Shown here in pieces: positions 55,952 through 63,427 of a DNA stretch of 63,427 nt (its first letter is position 1; each line of letters starts with the position of its first letter). Below the pieces are notes generated by a model that saw nothing but the letters and a program-made list of their open reading frames with translations, did no database searches and was not told where the DNA came from. The position numbers and the translations under genes are program-made. Origin of the DNA: a virus. Lineage: Duplodnaviria; Caudoviricetes. The stretch is from IMG/VR virus record IMGVR_UViG_3300012680_000001, positions 1 to 63,427 of that record. The stretch is one strand, 5' to 3'.

Positions 55952-56301
55952 AACCCCCCCAATACTCCAGACCGCGCGACTCCCCCACTCGCGGTGAGCC
56001 AGGCGTGCACATCCTCACTGTCTCGCAGTAGTTCCGCGAGCACTTCCAGCGCGAAGTCGACGCCGAGGACATCCGCCAGTCGCGCGAGCGCCACGAGGCC
56101 CAGGCCGCGCTCACCAGACTCCACCCGCCCGATATACGTACGGTCGACACGCGACGCGGCGGCCAGTTTTTTTTGTGACAGTCCTCGCGCCGTCCGGTGC
56201 CGGGACAGGACGGCCCCGAGTTTGGCGCTCGCGCGCGGATTCGACCGGTGGGTTTTTGGAACCTCGGTATCCTGCCAATGTTCGTGGATCGCCGTGCTCA
56301 T
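55948..56301 (-). CDS. XRE-family HTH regulator
   Basis: RTARGLSQKKLAAASRVDRTYIGRVESGER. Confidence 0.85.
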   Translation of the reverse strand: MSTAIHEHWQDTEVPKTHRSNPRASAKLGAVLSRHRTARGLSQKKLAAASRVDRTYIGRVESGERGLGLVALARLADVLGVDFALEVLAELLRDSEDVHAWLTASGGVARSGVLGGL

Positions 56302-56675
56302 CGGCGCTGCTCCCACTGCGCGTCATACCGTCCGACGAGGTACACGATCCGCTTTTTGCGCACGAGGTCATCGCCCGCCAAGATATGATTCACAGCCACT
56401 AGGCGCCCCTTCACCGTCTGTGGGGAGATAAAGAGTTGCTCTGCTAACTGAACGACAGTCTGCCCCTCCCCAACAAGACGCACGAGGCGTTGTTGCTCTG
56501 CAGTCATTGACTCAAATGCCCGCGCGAACTCGCGGTCCTCGTCATGCCAGTCCCGAAGTGGTGGTGTTTTCACGCGGCGGGTCACCGAACGGATGCGAGG
56601 GGTTGTCGTCCCGCGCGGATCGATGATGGCATAGATTCTCCCCTTACCCACAGACCACCTCCTGTACCCATTCAT
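56298..56675 (-). CDS. LuxR-type HTH protein
   Basis: MTAEQQRLVRLVGEGQTVVQLAEQLFISPQTVK. Confidence 0.75.
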   Translation of the reverse strand: MNGYRRWSVGKGRIYAIIDPRGTTTPRIRSVTRRVKTPPLRDWHDEDREFARAFESMTAEQQRLVRLVGEGQTVVQLAEQLFISPQTVKGRLVAVNHILAGDDLVRKKRIVYLVGRYDAQWEQRR

Positions 56676-56681
56676 CCCACG

Positions 56682-56891
56682 TCATCGCTTGCCCCCAACG
56701 GACAGCGTCCGCGCCATACCGGACTCGTGATACAACAGCCCCCGCGCCTCTAGTTTTTGCAAACGATACGCCACAACACTGGTGGAACTAACGAGCAGGC
56801 TGTCGCGAATCTCGCGGATCGTTGGGGAGTAGCCGTGTTCGAGAATGAACACGCGCACGAACTCTAGGATGGTATCGTCGGATGGAGGCAT
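56682..56891 (-). CDS. LexA-like DNA-binding domain only (no peptidase domain)
   Basis: ILEFV...HGYSPTIREI...SSTSVVAYRLQKLEARG...ARTL. Confidence 0.85.
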   Translation of the reverse strand: MPPSDDTILEFVRVFILEHGYSPTIREIRDSLLVSSTSVVAYRLQKLEARGLLYHESGMARTLSVGGKR

Positions 56892-56919
56892 AACCGTATC
56901 CTTTCCTGAATCGAGAGCC

Positions 56920-57180
56920 CTACCGCGGCAGCACTACTGCCGGGATGGTCGCGTGAATCATCACCGGCGCAATATCCACCCGATTCCCGGGACGCGTGAA
57001 GAATCCCTTGACCAGAACCTGCACCGTCGCCGTCGTCGGGCTCGTAATCGCCGCCGCAAGCACCTCCACGTAGATCGTTTCGTCAACGGCTGGAAATGCT
57101 GGCGCCGGCATACGTTCGATCGACGCGCCTGTGTCCGCCGTTCCGGTTTGCCATTCCATCGCACCCTGTAATGCGTTCAT
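56920..57180 (-). CDS. Hypothetical protein
   Basis: Coupled ORF. Confidence 0.45.
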   Translation of the reverse strand: MNALQGAMEWQTGTADTGASIERMPAPAFPAVDETIYVEVLAAAITSPTTATVQVLVKGFFTRPGNRVDIAPVMIHATIPAVVLPR

Positions 57181-58934
57181 GCAAAGACTCCAATCCCTGC
57201 GTTCTCGCGCACGCGCCCATTGCTTGACGCCGAGACATCCTCGCGCAATTGGCCGGTGATATCGTCGTAACGAAACTGCGCCACACCAACGCGGCCCGTC
57301 TCGCGAAAGCGAATCTTCTGGATGTGCACGCTCGTCAGACCGTGCTGGTCAGTTGGGTCGCGATGCACCGCGAATCCCACGTCCGCCTTCGCGTAGAAAT
57401 GGGCCGAATCGGAGATGTCATACATCGTCGGCACTGGGTATTTTCCATCCTCCCCCTTCCTGAGCTTCGTTGGGTGCGCCACCAGCCAAACGGCCACCGT
57501 CCGCGAGCGTGCGAAGTTTCGCAACTCGCGCAGGAAGTCACTTGCGAAGTCCGTGATGTTCACCCCCGAAGGACGGTTGTGACTGAGCTCGTTCCACGGG
57601 TCAACAATCAATCCGCGAATACCCTGCCGGTAGACCTGCACGTCCACCAGGTCCAGGATGCGCTCCAGCACCGGTTCGTCCGGGAGGACAAAGCTAATGC
57701 GCTCGCGCGCCCAGGCCTTAGCGGTATCGAGTTCCCGTGGCGACATCCGCGCCGTCGGGCCATCGCTAAACGGCTTACCCATCCGAATGGCGGCGATATT
57801 CGCGAAGTGCCGCGCCAGCGGTTGGTTCTCCGGGCTACAGATTGCGAACGGCCAATCGTGGCGTTCGATGAGACGCACCATGAGATTGTCGAGGAAGAGA
57901 CTTTTTCCGTGGCTGGGAATACCGGTCACGATGGTCAGGAGTCCCTGCCGGGAGCGGCAGAGCGCATCGAAACTCGGCCACCCAGCATCGACCCCACGGT
58001 CGAGGCCATCGCGGTAGAGCGCATCGATATCGTCGGAGAGCTCATTAATGGTCACGATGCCGGTCACCGGCCAGGGCGCGGCAGCAGCGAGGGCCTGCTG
58101 CACCGCCGAGGCTCCGAGTTTCGTGAGCGTCTCGTTGGCGTCCTTACACCCGTCCGGCCAACGCACGCGACGACAGCGCTTGTACCCGAGTCGGCGTGCC
58201 AGTTCGTCGGCCAGTTTGTTACCCGGGGCGTCCATATCCACAGCCAGGACGATGGTCTTTGCCGCCCCTAGGATCGCCTCAGTCGTAGGATCGTCGAGGA
58301 ATGAGAACTTACTGGCGTAGTGCTTGGCGTCTGCACTTGGCGCGCCATCCGGCACCGAGACGCACGGCCAGCCCTGCACGGCATCGATAGTGAGTTTATC
58401 GACTTCACCCTCGGTGATGGCCAGTGTTTCAGCACCGACGACATCATCCAGGCCGTAGAGGATGCGCTCGGAATTCGGTGTCGTCCAGAACGTCTTGCCC
58501 GGGCCACGGAATTTGTAGTGCACGATATCGCCCTGCCGGTGGTAGGGAAAGCGCAGGGCATTCACGCGCTTCTCCAGGCCCGGGCAGAACTCAGGACCAT
58601 CGGTGATGCCGGCATCCTCCAGCACCCAGTCGGGGATACCCCGTTTCGTAAACCAATCGCGTGCCACGTCCGAAAGCGGAGCCACCTCGCGCACCACCGG
58701 CGCGGTGTATGTCTTCGTAAGGGGCGCGCCGTACGCGTTCGGGTCGTGCCCCCCGAGACCGCCGGACCACCCACAATGCATACAAAGCCATGAGCCTTTA
58801 TCGACATTGACGCTCAGGCATTTATCGGTCTTCTTCTTCCTGGTGTGTGAACACTGGGGGCACAGGACATCCTTTTCACCGTGCGCCCCCGATGGCACGT
58901 CAATTCCGAAATCCACGAATGTGCGCGTGTTCAT
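57177..58934 (-). CDS. Primase-helicase (T7 gp4/Twinkle-like)
   Basis: CPQC...CMHC zinc domain, TEGEVD and DMD Toprim motifs, GIPSHGKS Walker A, LVAHP. Confidence 0.92.
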   Translation of the reverse strand: MNTRTFVDFGIDVPSGAHGEKDVLCPQCSHTRKKKTDKCLSVNVDKGSWLCMHCGWSGGLGGHDPNAYGAPLTKTYTAPVVREVAPLSDVARDWFTKRGIPDWVLEDAGITDGPEFCPGLEKRVNALRFPYHRQGDIVHYKFRGPGKTFWTTPNSERILYGLDDVVGAETLAITEGEVDKLTIDAVQGWPCVSVPDGAPSADAKHYASKFSFLDDPTTEAILGAAKTIVLAVDMDAPGNKLADELARRLGYKRCRRVRWPDGCKDANETLTKLGASAVQQALAAAAPWPVTGIVTINELSDDIDALYRDGLDRGVDAGWPSFDALCRSRQGLLTIVTGIPSHGKSLFLDNLMVRLIERHDWPFAICSPENQPLARHFANIAAIRMGKPFSDGPTARMSPRELDTAKAWARERISFVLPDEPVLERILDLVDVQVYRQGIRGLIVDPWNELSHNRPSGVNITDFASDFLRELRNFARSRTVAVWLVAHPTKLRKGEDGKYPVPTMYDISDSAHFYAKADVGFAVHRDPTDQHGLTSVHIQKIRFRETGRVGVAQFRYDDITGQLREDVSASSNGRVRENAGIGVFA

Positions 58935-58943
58935 CGCCGTGCC

Positions 58944-59660
58944 CTAGAGCACGAGCTTCGGACGCCCGTCCGCGTCATACCCCGGCATATTCCAATCATT
59001 GCCAACCTTGCGTGGGGTGTACGTAGGGCGCTTGCGGAAGTCACTCGTCATCCAGTTCCGAAACGCCGCCGTCCAATCGGCATACATGCGTCGATGCGCC
59101 AGCGCCGAGTTTTTAAATTGCTCAAGCTCTGACTCTATGTCCGCGTCCGTAAAGTGTTTTGTTTCCGCCCAGAGGTAGAAACCGTCATCGGGTTGCCAAT
59201 TCTCCGGCAGCGTCGTCTTGCGATTTGGGGGCGCTTTTTTCGTCGTGGCAGAGAGAGTTGGTATATCTAACGGTTCTTTGACGGTTACTGACGGTTTGGG
59301 GGCAACCCATTGCCCCCCTAGCATGCGCTGTTTTGCCCCCCCCTCCTGCGCCATATTGCCCCCTGCAATTTCTGCCGGGGCAAATATTGCCCCCTGGGGA
59401 ATGGGGAGTTTGATGCGGTAGATCGTCGTTCCGCTGGGGTGCTTCCCCTCGGCAATAATCTCCCCGGCATCCTCCAATTCGCGCAAGATGTAACGGGCGT
59501 TTCGCTCACTCATCCGTGCCTTACCGGCGAGTGTCTCGACGGTGGGGTAGGCGTTTGATCCATCCTTGTGGGCGTAATCCGCGAGCGCTAGCATAACGAG
59601 GAGCGCCCCTCCCTTCTGGGTCGAGTGCTCCCAAACGGCGGACAATGCGGCAATGCTCAT
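58944..59660 (-). CDS. Replication initiator (N-terminal HTH, DnaT-like C-terminus)
   Basis: LLVMLALADYA...AYPTVETLA...SERN; LPENWQP...DWTAAFRNW. Confidence 0.8.
   Translation of the reverse strand: MSIAALSAVWEHSTQKGGALLVMLALADYAHKDGSNAYPTVETLAGKARMSERNARYILRELEDAGEIIAEGKHPSGTTIYRIKLPIPQGAIFAPAEIAGGNMAQEGGAKQRMLGGQWVAPKPSVTVKEPLDIPTLSATTKKAPPNRKTTLPENWQPDDGFYLWAETKHFTDADIESELEQFKNSALAHRRMYADWTAAFRNWMTSDFRKRPTYTPRKVGNDWNMPGYDADGRPKLVL
59299..59400. repeat. Iteron-like repeats (putative origin) inside the initiator gene
   Basis: ATTGCCCCCT three times, plus TTTGCCCCCC and inverted GGGGCAA copies. Confidence 0.65.
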
Positions 59661-59965
59661 GACCAATTCTCCTTCTCGAAGAAAAACAAAAACCGCCCAC
59701 GGAGCGCCCATGTGCGGTACATCTCAGCATCGCGAAACTGCTCGAGTGTCAGGTTGGCTTTGCGCTGGTTACAGGTCCGGCAGGATGGCACGGTATTGCG
59801 ACGAGAGCGCTCGCCGCCCAGACTCAGCGGCATCACGTGGTCTATCGTGCGCAGGTCGTCCGGCGTCGCATGGCCGCAATAGGCGCACACCCCGCCGCTC
59901 GCCTCCCATGCCGCTATGCGGTTGGCGCGCAGAAATGCACGCTTAGTCACCCGAGGAGGGATCAT
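59657..59965 (-). CDS. HNH endonuclease
   Basis: CAYCG...TIDHVMPLSLGG...NTVPSCRTCNQRK. Confidence 0.9.
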   Translation of the reverse strand: MIPPRVTKRAFLRANRIAAWEASGGVCAYCGHATPDDLRTIDHVMPLSLGGERSRRNTVPSCRTCNQRKANLTLEQFRDAEMYRTWALRGRFLFFFEKENWS

Positions 59966-60068
59966 GCGTAGTCACGCGCGGAAAATAACCGTTCGGTTGA
60001 GAGTTCTGGGGGTGATGTGCGATACTTCATGTTGCTAACCTTGCTTACTTCAAGGTGCGGCGCCCATT

Positions 60069-60097
60069 GATCCGGCCGTCTGCTCAACGGCCGGATC
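60069..60097. other. Intergenic hairpin
   Basis: gatccggccgt-ctgctca-acggccggatc, followed by a T-rich run on the plus strand. Confidence 0.55.
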
Positions 60098-60118
60098 TTC
60101 TTTTATGGTCTGGATATT

Positions 60119-60541
60119 CTAGCGCATCCCAATGCCAATGTGCGAGGTAAGAGACATGCGCCCCTCGTGTTGTCGCGCCGCGATGCGCAGTCCTTCAATC
60201 CAGTCCGCAGTTTCCTCGAACGTGTGCCGCGCGTCCTTGTAGGATGGCGTCATGTCATCGTAGGGACGCAGAGCATCCCCGTCGTACCAGCCCTCGTAGT
60301 AATTCTCCAGTGCGCCCCAAAACGAATCGGATATATCGTCCTCGGTTACGCCGTCGCAGAAGAGCTTGCCAATCGCGCACCCGCACGGGTGACCGTCGAC
60401 GGTGTAGCTTACGAACGTCTCATGCTCCTCGATCCAGTCGCCCGGATTGCGCAACACGGCGATGGCCGCATCGAGCGTGGCAGATGGAACTTCATAGAGG
60501 GTTCCGAATGCGACAAGAGCTTCTGTTGTATTTATTGACAT
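60119..60541 (-). CDS. Hypothetical protein
   Basis: Acidic ORF from MSINTT with a CGCAIG motif. Confidence 0.55.
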   Translation of the reverse strand: MSINTTEALVAFGTLYEVPSATLDAAIAVLRNPGDWIEEHETFVSYTVDGHPCGCAIGKLFCDGVTEDDISDSFWGALENYYEGWYDGDALRPYDDMTPSYKDARHTFEETADWIEGLRIAARQHEGRMSLTSHIGIGMR

Positions 60542-60870
60542 ACCCACCCATCCGATCGGCCCTGAGAAAACAGTTGGGCCGCCAGCTCGATCTGCTCGTA
60601 GGGTCCGTACCATGCCGCGTACGACCACTCGCCATTGGGATGAAATTGGAACAGTCCGCGCTCGCCTCCGGGTCCGACAGCATAGGGATCGAATCCACTT
60701 TCGCACGCAGCGACCCGCACCAATTGGTCGCCGTTACAGCCGTAGCGTGCGCAGGCGTCGTATATCGCCGCGGTAAAATCTTCCCCGTGCGCGTGGATAT
60801 GCGATATGGTGAGCGAGGCGATAGTCGAAAAAAGGACTAAGGCTGCGGAAATAATGCCCCGTCGGTTCAT
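60532..60870 (-). CDS. Secreted lytic transglycosylase/Rpf-like protein
   Basis: Signal peptide, VAACESG catalytic Glu motif, GLFQF, terminal W-x-C. Confidence 0.7.
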   Translation of the reverse strand: MNRRGIISAALVLFSTIASLTISHIHAHGEDFTAAIYDACARYGCNGDQLVRVAACESGFDPYAVGPGGERGLFQFHPNGEWSYAAWYGPYEQIELAAQLFSQGRSDGWVCQ

Positions 60871-61424
60871 ACGTGCTTCCATCCCTTTCTTAGCGCAATG
60901 ATGCTAATCGTGGATTGATTAACGCCGTATATCGCGGCAAGCTGAACCTGCGTCACTCCCTCCTTATAAGCGTCTCGGATCAACGCAACTTGATCTTCGT
61001 TCAACTTGGCGGTGGCGTTCTCCGACCTATATCTTGACTGAACCTGAAACCCTCGCCCTTTTCCTCTCATATCCCGGAGATTTTCGGCCTGACTCCCGGA
61101 AAATAAATGTTGAGGGTTGACGCATGAGGGATTATCGCAGTGGTGACAAATAGACAGCCCTTGCGGGATGGCCCCATTCGCCATCTCCCACGCCAGTCGA
61201 TGGGCGTACCGCATCCCTGAATGTCCCTCTCTGAGATAGCCATGCCCAAACGGTAGGCAGTTTCCGGTCCATGGCCAACACGCCTCATCACCACCTGAAT
61301 CGTCAACCTTCTCCCAGAACCTATCTCGGATAGGGCGGGTTCTTGTTGCGTATCGACACGACGAGGAGCAATACCTCGCCACGCCCACGCGCTCAAACAT
61401 CGCACCGCAATGAGCACATGTCAT
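60867..61424 (-). CDS. HNH homing endonuclease
   Basis: RFWEKVD...CWPWTG...AHRLAWE...CHHCDNPSCVNPQHL, C-terminal HTH. Confidence 0.9.
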   Translation of the reverse strand: MTCAHCGAMFERVGVARYCSSSCRYATRTRPIRDRFWEKVDDSGGDEACWPWTGNCLPFGHGYLREGHSGMRYAHRLAWEMANGAIPQGLSICHHCDNPSCVNPQHLFSGSQAENLRDMRGKGRGFQVQSRYRSENATAKLNEDQVALIRDAYKEGVTQVQLAAIYGVNQSTISIIALRKGWKHV

Positions 61425-61549
61425 CGGCGCAGTCCTGCCGACTGGCCGGCAACGTAGTCCTCTCCATGCGCGCGCGTTGGCCTGATCAGCGCCGAGAGTC
61501 CGCAGCCCGCGAGCAGCATCGCGATTGCGCGTCGTCCGTAGCGTTGCAT
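61421..61549 (-). pseudogene. Truncated 5' remnant paralogous to the start of 60532..60870
   Basis: Signal peptide + AHGEDY versus signal peptide + AHGEDF; has its own GGAG RBS. Confidence 0.5.
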
Positions 61550-61757
61550 GAATACTCCTGTTCCGTCCGTGCGATGTCGAAAGCGAGGCGGCCAGAACCC
61601 CCGCATGGAAGCCCGCATAAAAACCGCCCCGCTCCGACGTTTGGTTTGTTCGCCAGTTCCCAGCGCCGGTCTCGATTGCTCGATCCTCACCTCACCCATA
61701 CCGCTAGCCGAAGCTGGGAAAGGCCGCTTCCATCTGGCATAGCCCTACGCTCTGGTA

Positions 61758-62582
61758 TTACGCCGCGCGCCCATCACCGAAGAGGTCGGCCAGGATTTCT
61801 TCCTCCAAGGAGCGTATGTCGCGCCCCTGGGCGATGGCGATGCTATGAAGCGTCACCATATCTCCGTCACGAACGGCGTCTTCATGGGATGTCACGTACT
61901 CTTGATAGGTAAGGCGCACCATCGCCGCGTTGTCCAGGCCGCGAGACTCGGCAACCCGGCGGTCGATATCGAGGCCAAGCTCGCCAGGCTCGAGGTCAGA
62001 GAACTTGGCAATGAAGTAGACACGACGAATCGTCATCCGTCCGTCGTACATCAACTCTCGCGATTTTGCGCTCCACACCTGTCCGAAGAATGTATCAGGC
62101 TGCGGACGACTCGTTTTCGCTCGCCGGGTCAGGTGCTCAGCGGCGATGCCAACATTATCCCGACCACGGAGAATCCAGATCGTTGCCGGCATACCATCCC
62201 GCCGCGGCTGTGGCACGCACCAGCCAAGGGGTTCATTGTCATGGCTGAAGACAACCCATAGCGGCACGCTCCCTGTTGTCTTCTCTACCTCCCCACTAGG
62301 GCGGCGATAGAGGAAACGATCCGCAACAGCGTCCAGAATATGGTCACTCCAAATCGTGCTTTCGATGCGCCGTAAATGATCCGGGACGAGGATACCTCCC
62401 TCGTCCCAGTCTTTGATGCGCGCCAGTTTGCGCGCGCCGTCCTGAATAACGTCGGGTCGTGCGAGGAAGAGTCCGTCGCGACCCGTCACATGTTGGGCAT
62501 AGAGTCCGCATTTTTCAATAATGCTGTCACGAATCGGCAGCCATTTTCTCTTCTCGATTGTCGTAAGCCGGTCCTGCTTCAT
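61758..62582 (-). CDS. Hypothetical protein
   Basis: 274-aa ORF with an AAGGA RBS; no motif recognised. Confidence 0.65.
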   Translation of the reverse strand: MKQDRLTTIEKRKWLPIRDSIIEKCGLYAQHVTGRDGLFLARPDVIQDGARKLARIKDWDEGGILVPDHLRRIESTIWSDHILDAVADRFLYRRPSGEVEKTTGSVPLWVVFSHDNEPLGWCVPQPRRDGMPATIWILRGRDNVGIAAEHLTRRAKTSRPQPDTFFGQVWSAKSRELMYDGRMTIRRVYFIAKFSDLEPGELGLDIDRRVAESRGLDNAAMVRLTYQEYVTSHEDAVRDGDMVTLHSIAIAQGRDIRSLEEEILADLFGDGRAA

Positions 62583-62595
62583 GATGGTGTCCTTT

Positions 62596-63427
62596 CTATT
62601 TCACAAGTTTTAGCGTCGTCGCCCCAGCCGACCTGACCTCGGCGGTAAAGGCGCTTATTGCGCTAAGGGTGCCTTCGAGTACTGTCTCTAACGCGTCGCG
62701 ATGCTCGGTATTGCCCCATGCCTCGTGCGCATCATGCGGGGTTACCTTACTGAGGTTGTACACCGCATGGCGCAAATCCTCGATGGGACGCAGGGTAATG
62801 CGGGCGTGAGTTCGTGTCTCAATCGCATCACCAACGCGGGATTTAAGCGGATCACCGATGATGCTGGCAATGGCTTTGTGCGCCTCTGGGGATGGCTGCC
62901 GTTCCGAAAAGATTTCCGCGATTTCAGGATCGAGTCGATACGCGATCTGTGAGAGTTCTGACATCGAAAGAGAGAGGTCTTGCTTCTCGGCCTGTGCCTT
63001 CGCGAGGGAGAAGATATCCGCCCACGCTTCGCGCCGCGCGACCTCGCGTACACCCCCGTTCTCTGTCTCGGCAGCTTCGAGTTTTTCCGTTAGCTCCTGA
63101 TACACCTGATCACGATTCTCGACCATCGTATTGAGATCACGTTCCGCCTCCTTGCGCCGCTCCGTTTCTCGTTTCGTTTTCTCGCGCGCCTCCTCTCGTT
63201 CTTTCACCGCTTTTTGCCGTTCCTCATCCGCTTCGTCAATCCGCTTCACCGCCTGCGCGAGGGTGATGGCCCCCGCCTCAAGGTGTCCTAGCAGCTCTTC
63301 CGCAAGCGGTGAAGCCTTGACCTTTTCGTGTTGGGCCTGTTTGCGACGGAGTGTATCCCCACTCCCGAGTCCTGCGGTTTCAGCGGCCTGGTCATCGGAT
63401 CGCCCCGCGCTGCTACCAAGCGCCGCA
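62596..63427 (-). CDS. ParB-like protein, 3' part with coiled coil
   Basis: The open frame continues from 422 across the circular junction. Confidence 0.8.
   Translation of the reverse strand, partial: AALGSSAGRSDDQAAETAGLGSGDTLRRKQAQHEKVKASPLAEELLGHLEAGAITLAQAVKRIDEADEERQKAVKEREEAREKTKRETERRKEAERDLNTMVENRDQVYQELTEKLEAAETENGGVREVARREAWADIFSLAKAQAEKQDLSLSMSELSQIAYRLDPEIAEIFSERQPSPEAHKAIASIIGDPLKSRVGDAIETRTHARITLRPIEDLRHAVYNLSKVTPHDAHEAWGNTEHRDALETVLEGTLSAISAFTAEVRSAGATTLKLVK
63362..63427. repeat. Terminal direct repeat, right copy
   Basis: Identical to 1-66. Confidence 0.95.

Noticed and set aside
1-63427. Self-targets of the decoded array units; tRNA or integrase genes
   Set aside because: Spot checks by eye of a few gapped patterns found no match, and no tRNA or integrase was recognised. 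This was not exhaustive and needs a computational search.

Overview
This window looks like a complete, circularly assembled genome (about 63.36 kb unique; bases 1-66 repeat exactly at 63362-63427) of a GC-rich tailed dsDNA phage with siphovirus-type morphogenesis genes. Most genes are on the minus strand: replication and regulation (ParB-like gene across the junction, initiator, primase-helicase, HTH regulators, methyltransferases, RusA), then terminase, portal, head fibres, capsid, tail, a 2979-aa tape measure, tail tip, membrane/secreted cargo and lysis. The host may be Chloroflexota (inference only). The standout is 1711-4215: a stand-alone Cas7/RAMP-like gene and one accessory gene sit between two non-coding arrays built from GGY-NN pentamers (minus strand). 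A 4-nt GGCG punctuation cuts the arrays into units, nearly all spaced 5n+4 nt. No other cas genes or CRISPR array were seen. This looks like a minimal RNA-guided system whose guide information lies in the variable dinucleotides; from memory it resembles the recently reported VIPR architecture, which I cannot verify here. Other notable items: an intein at the catalytic Cys of a papain-like protease, a -1 frameshift tail chaperone, two antisense HNH genes sharing a covarying hairpin leader (one frameshifted at its catalytic His), a Com-like zinc finger with GAG(G)CC repeats, a frameshifted methyltransferase, a shared 11-bp operator-like motif and several Tat-type secreted proteins. All calls come from reading motifs by eye; no searches were run.
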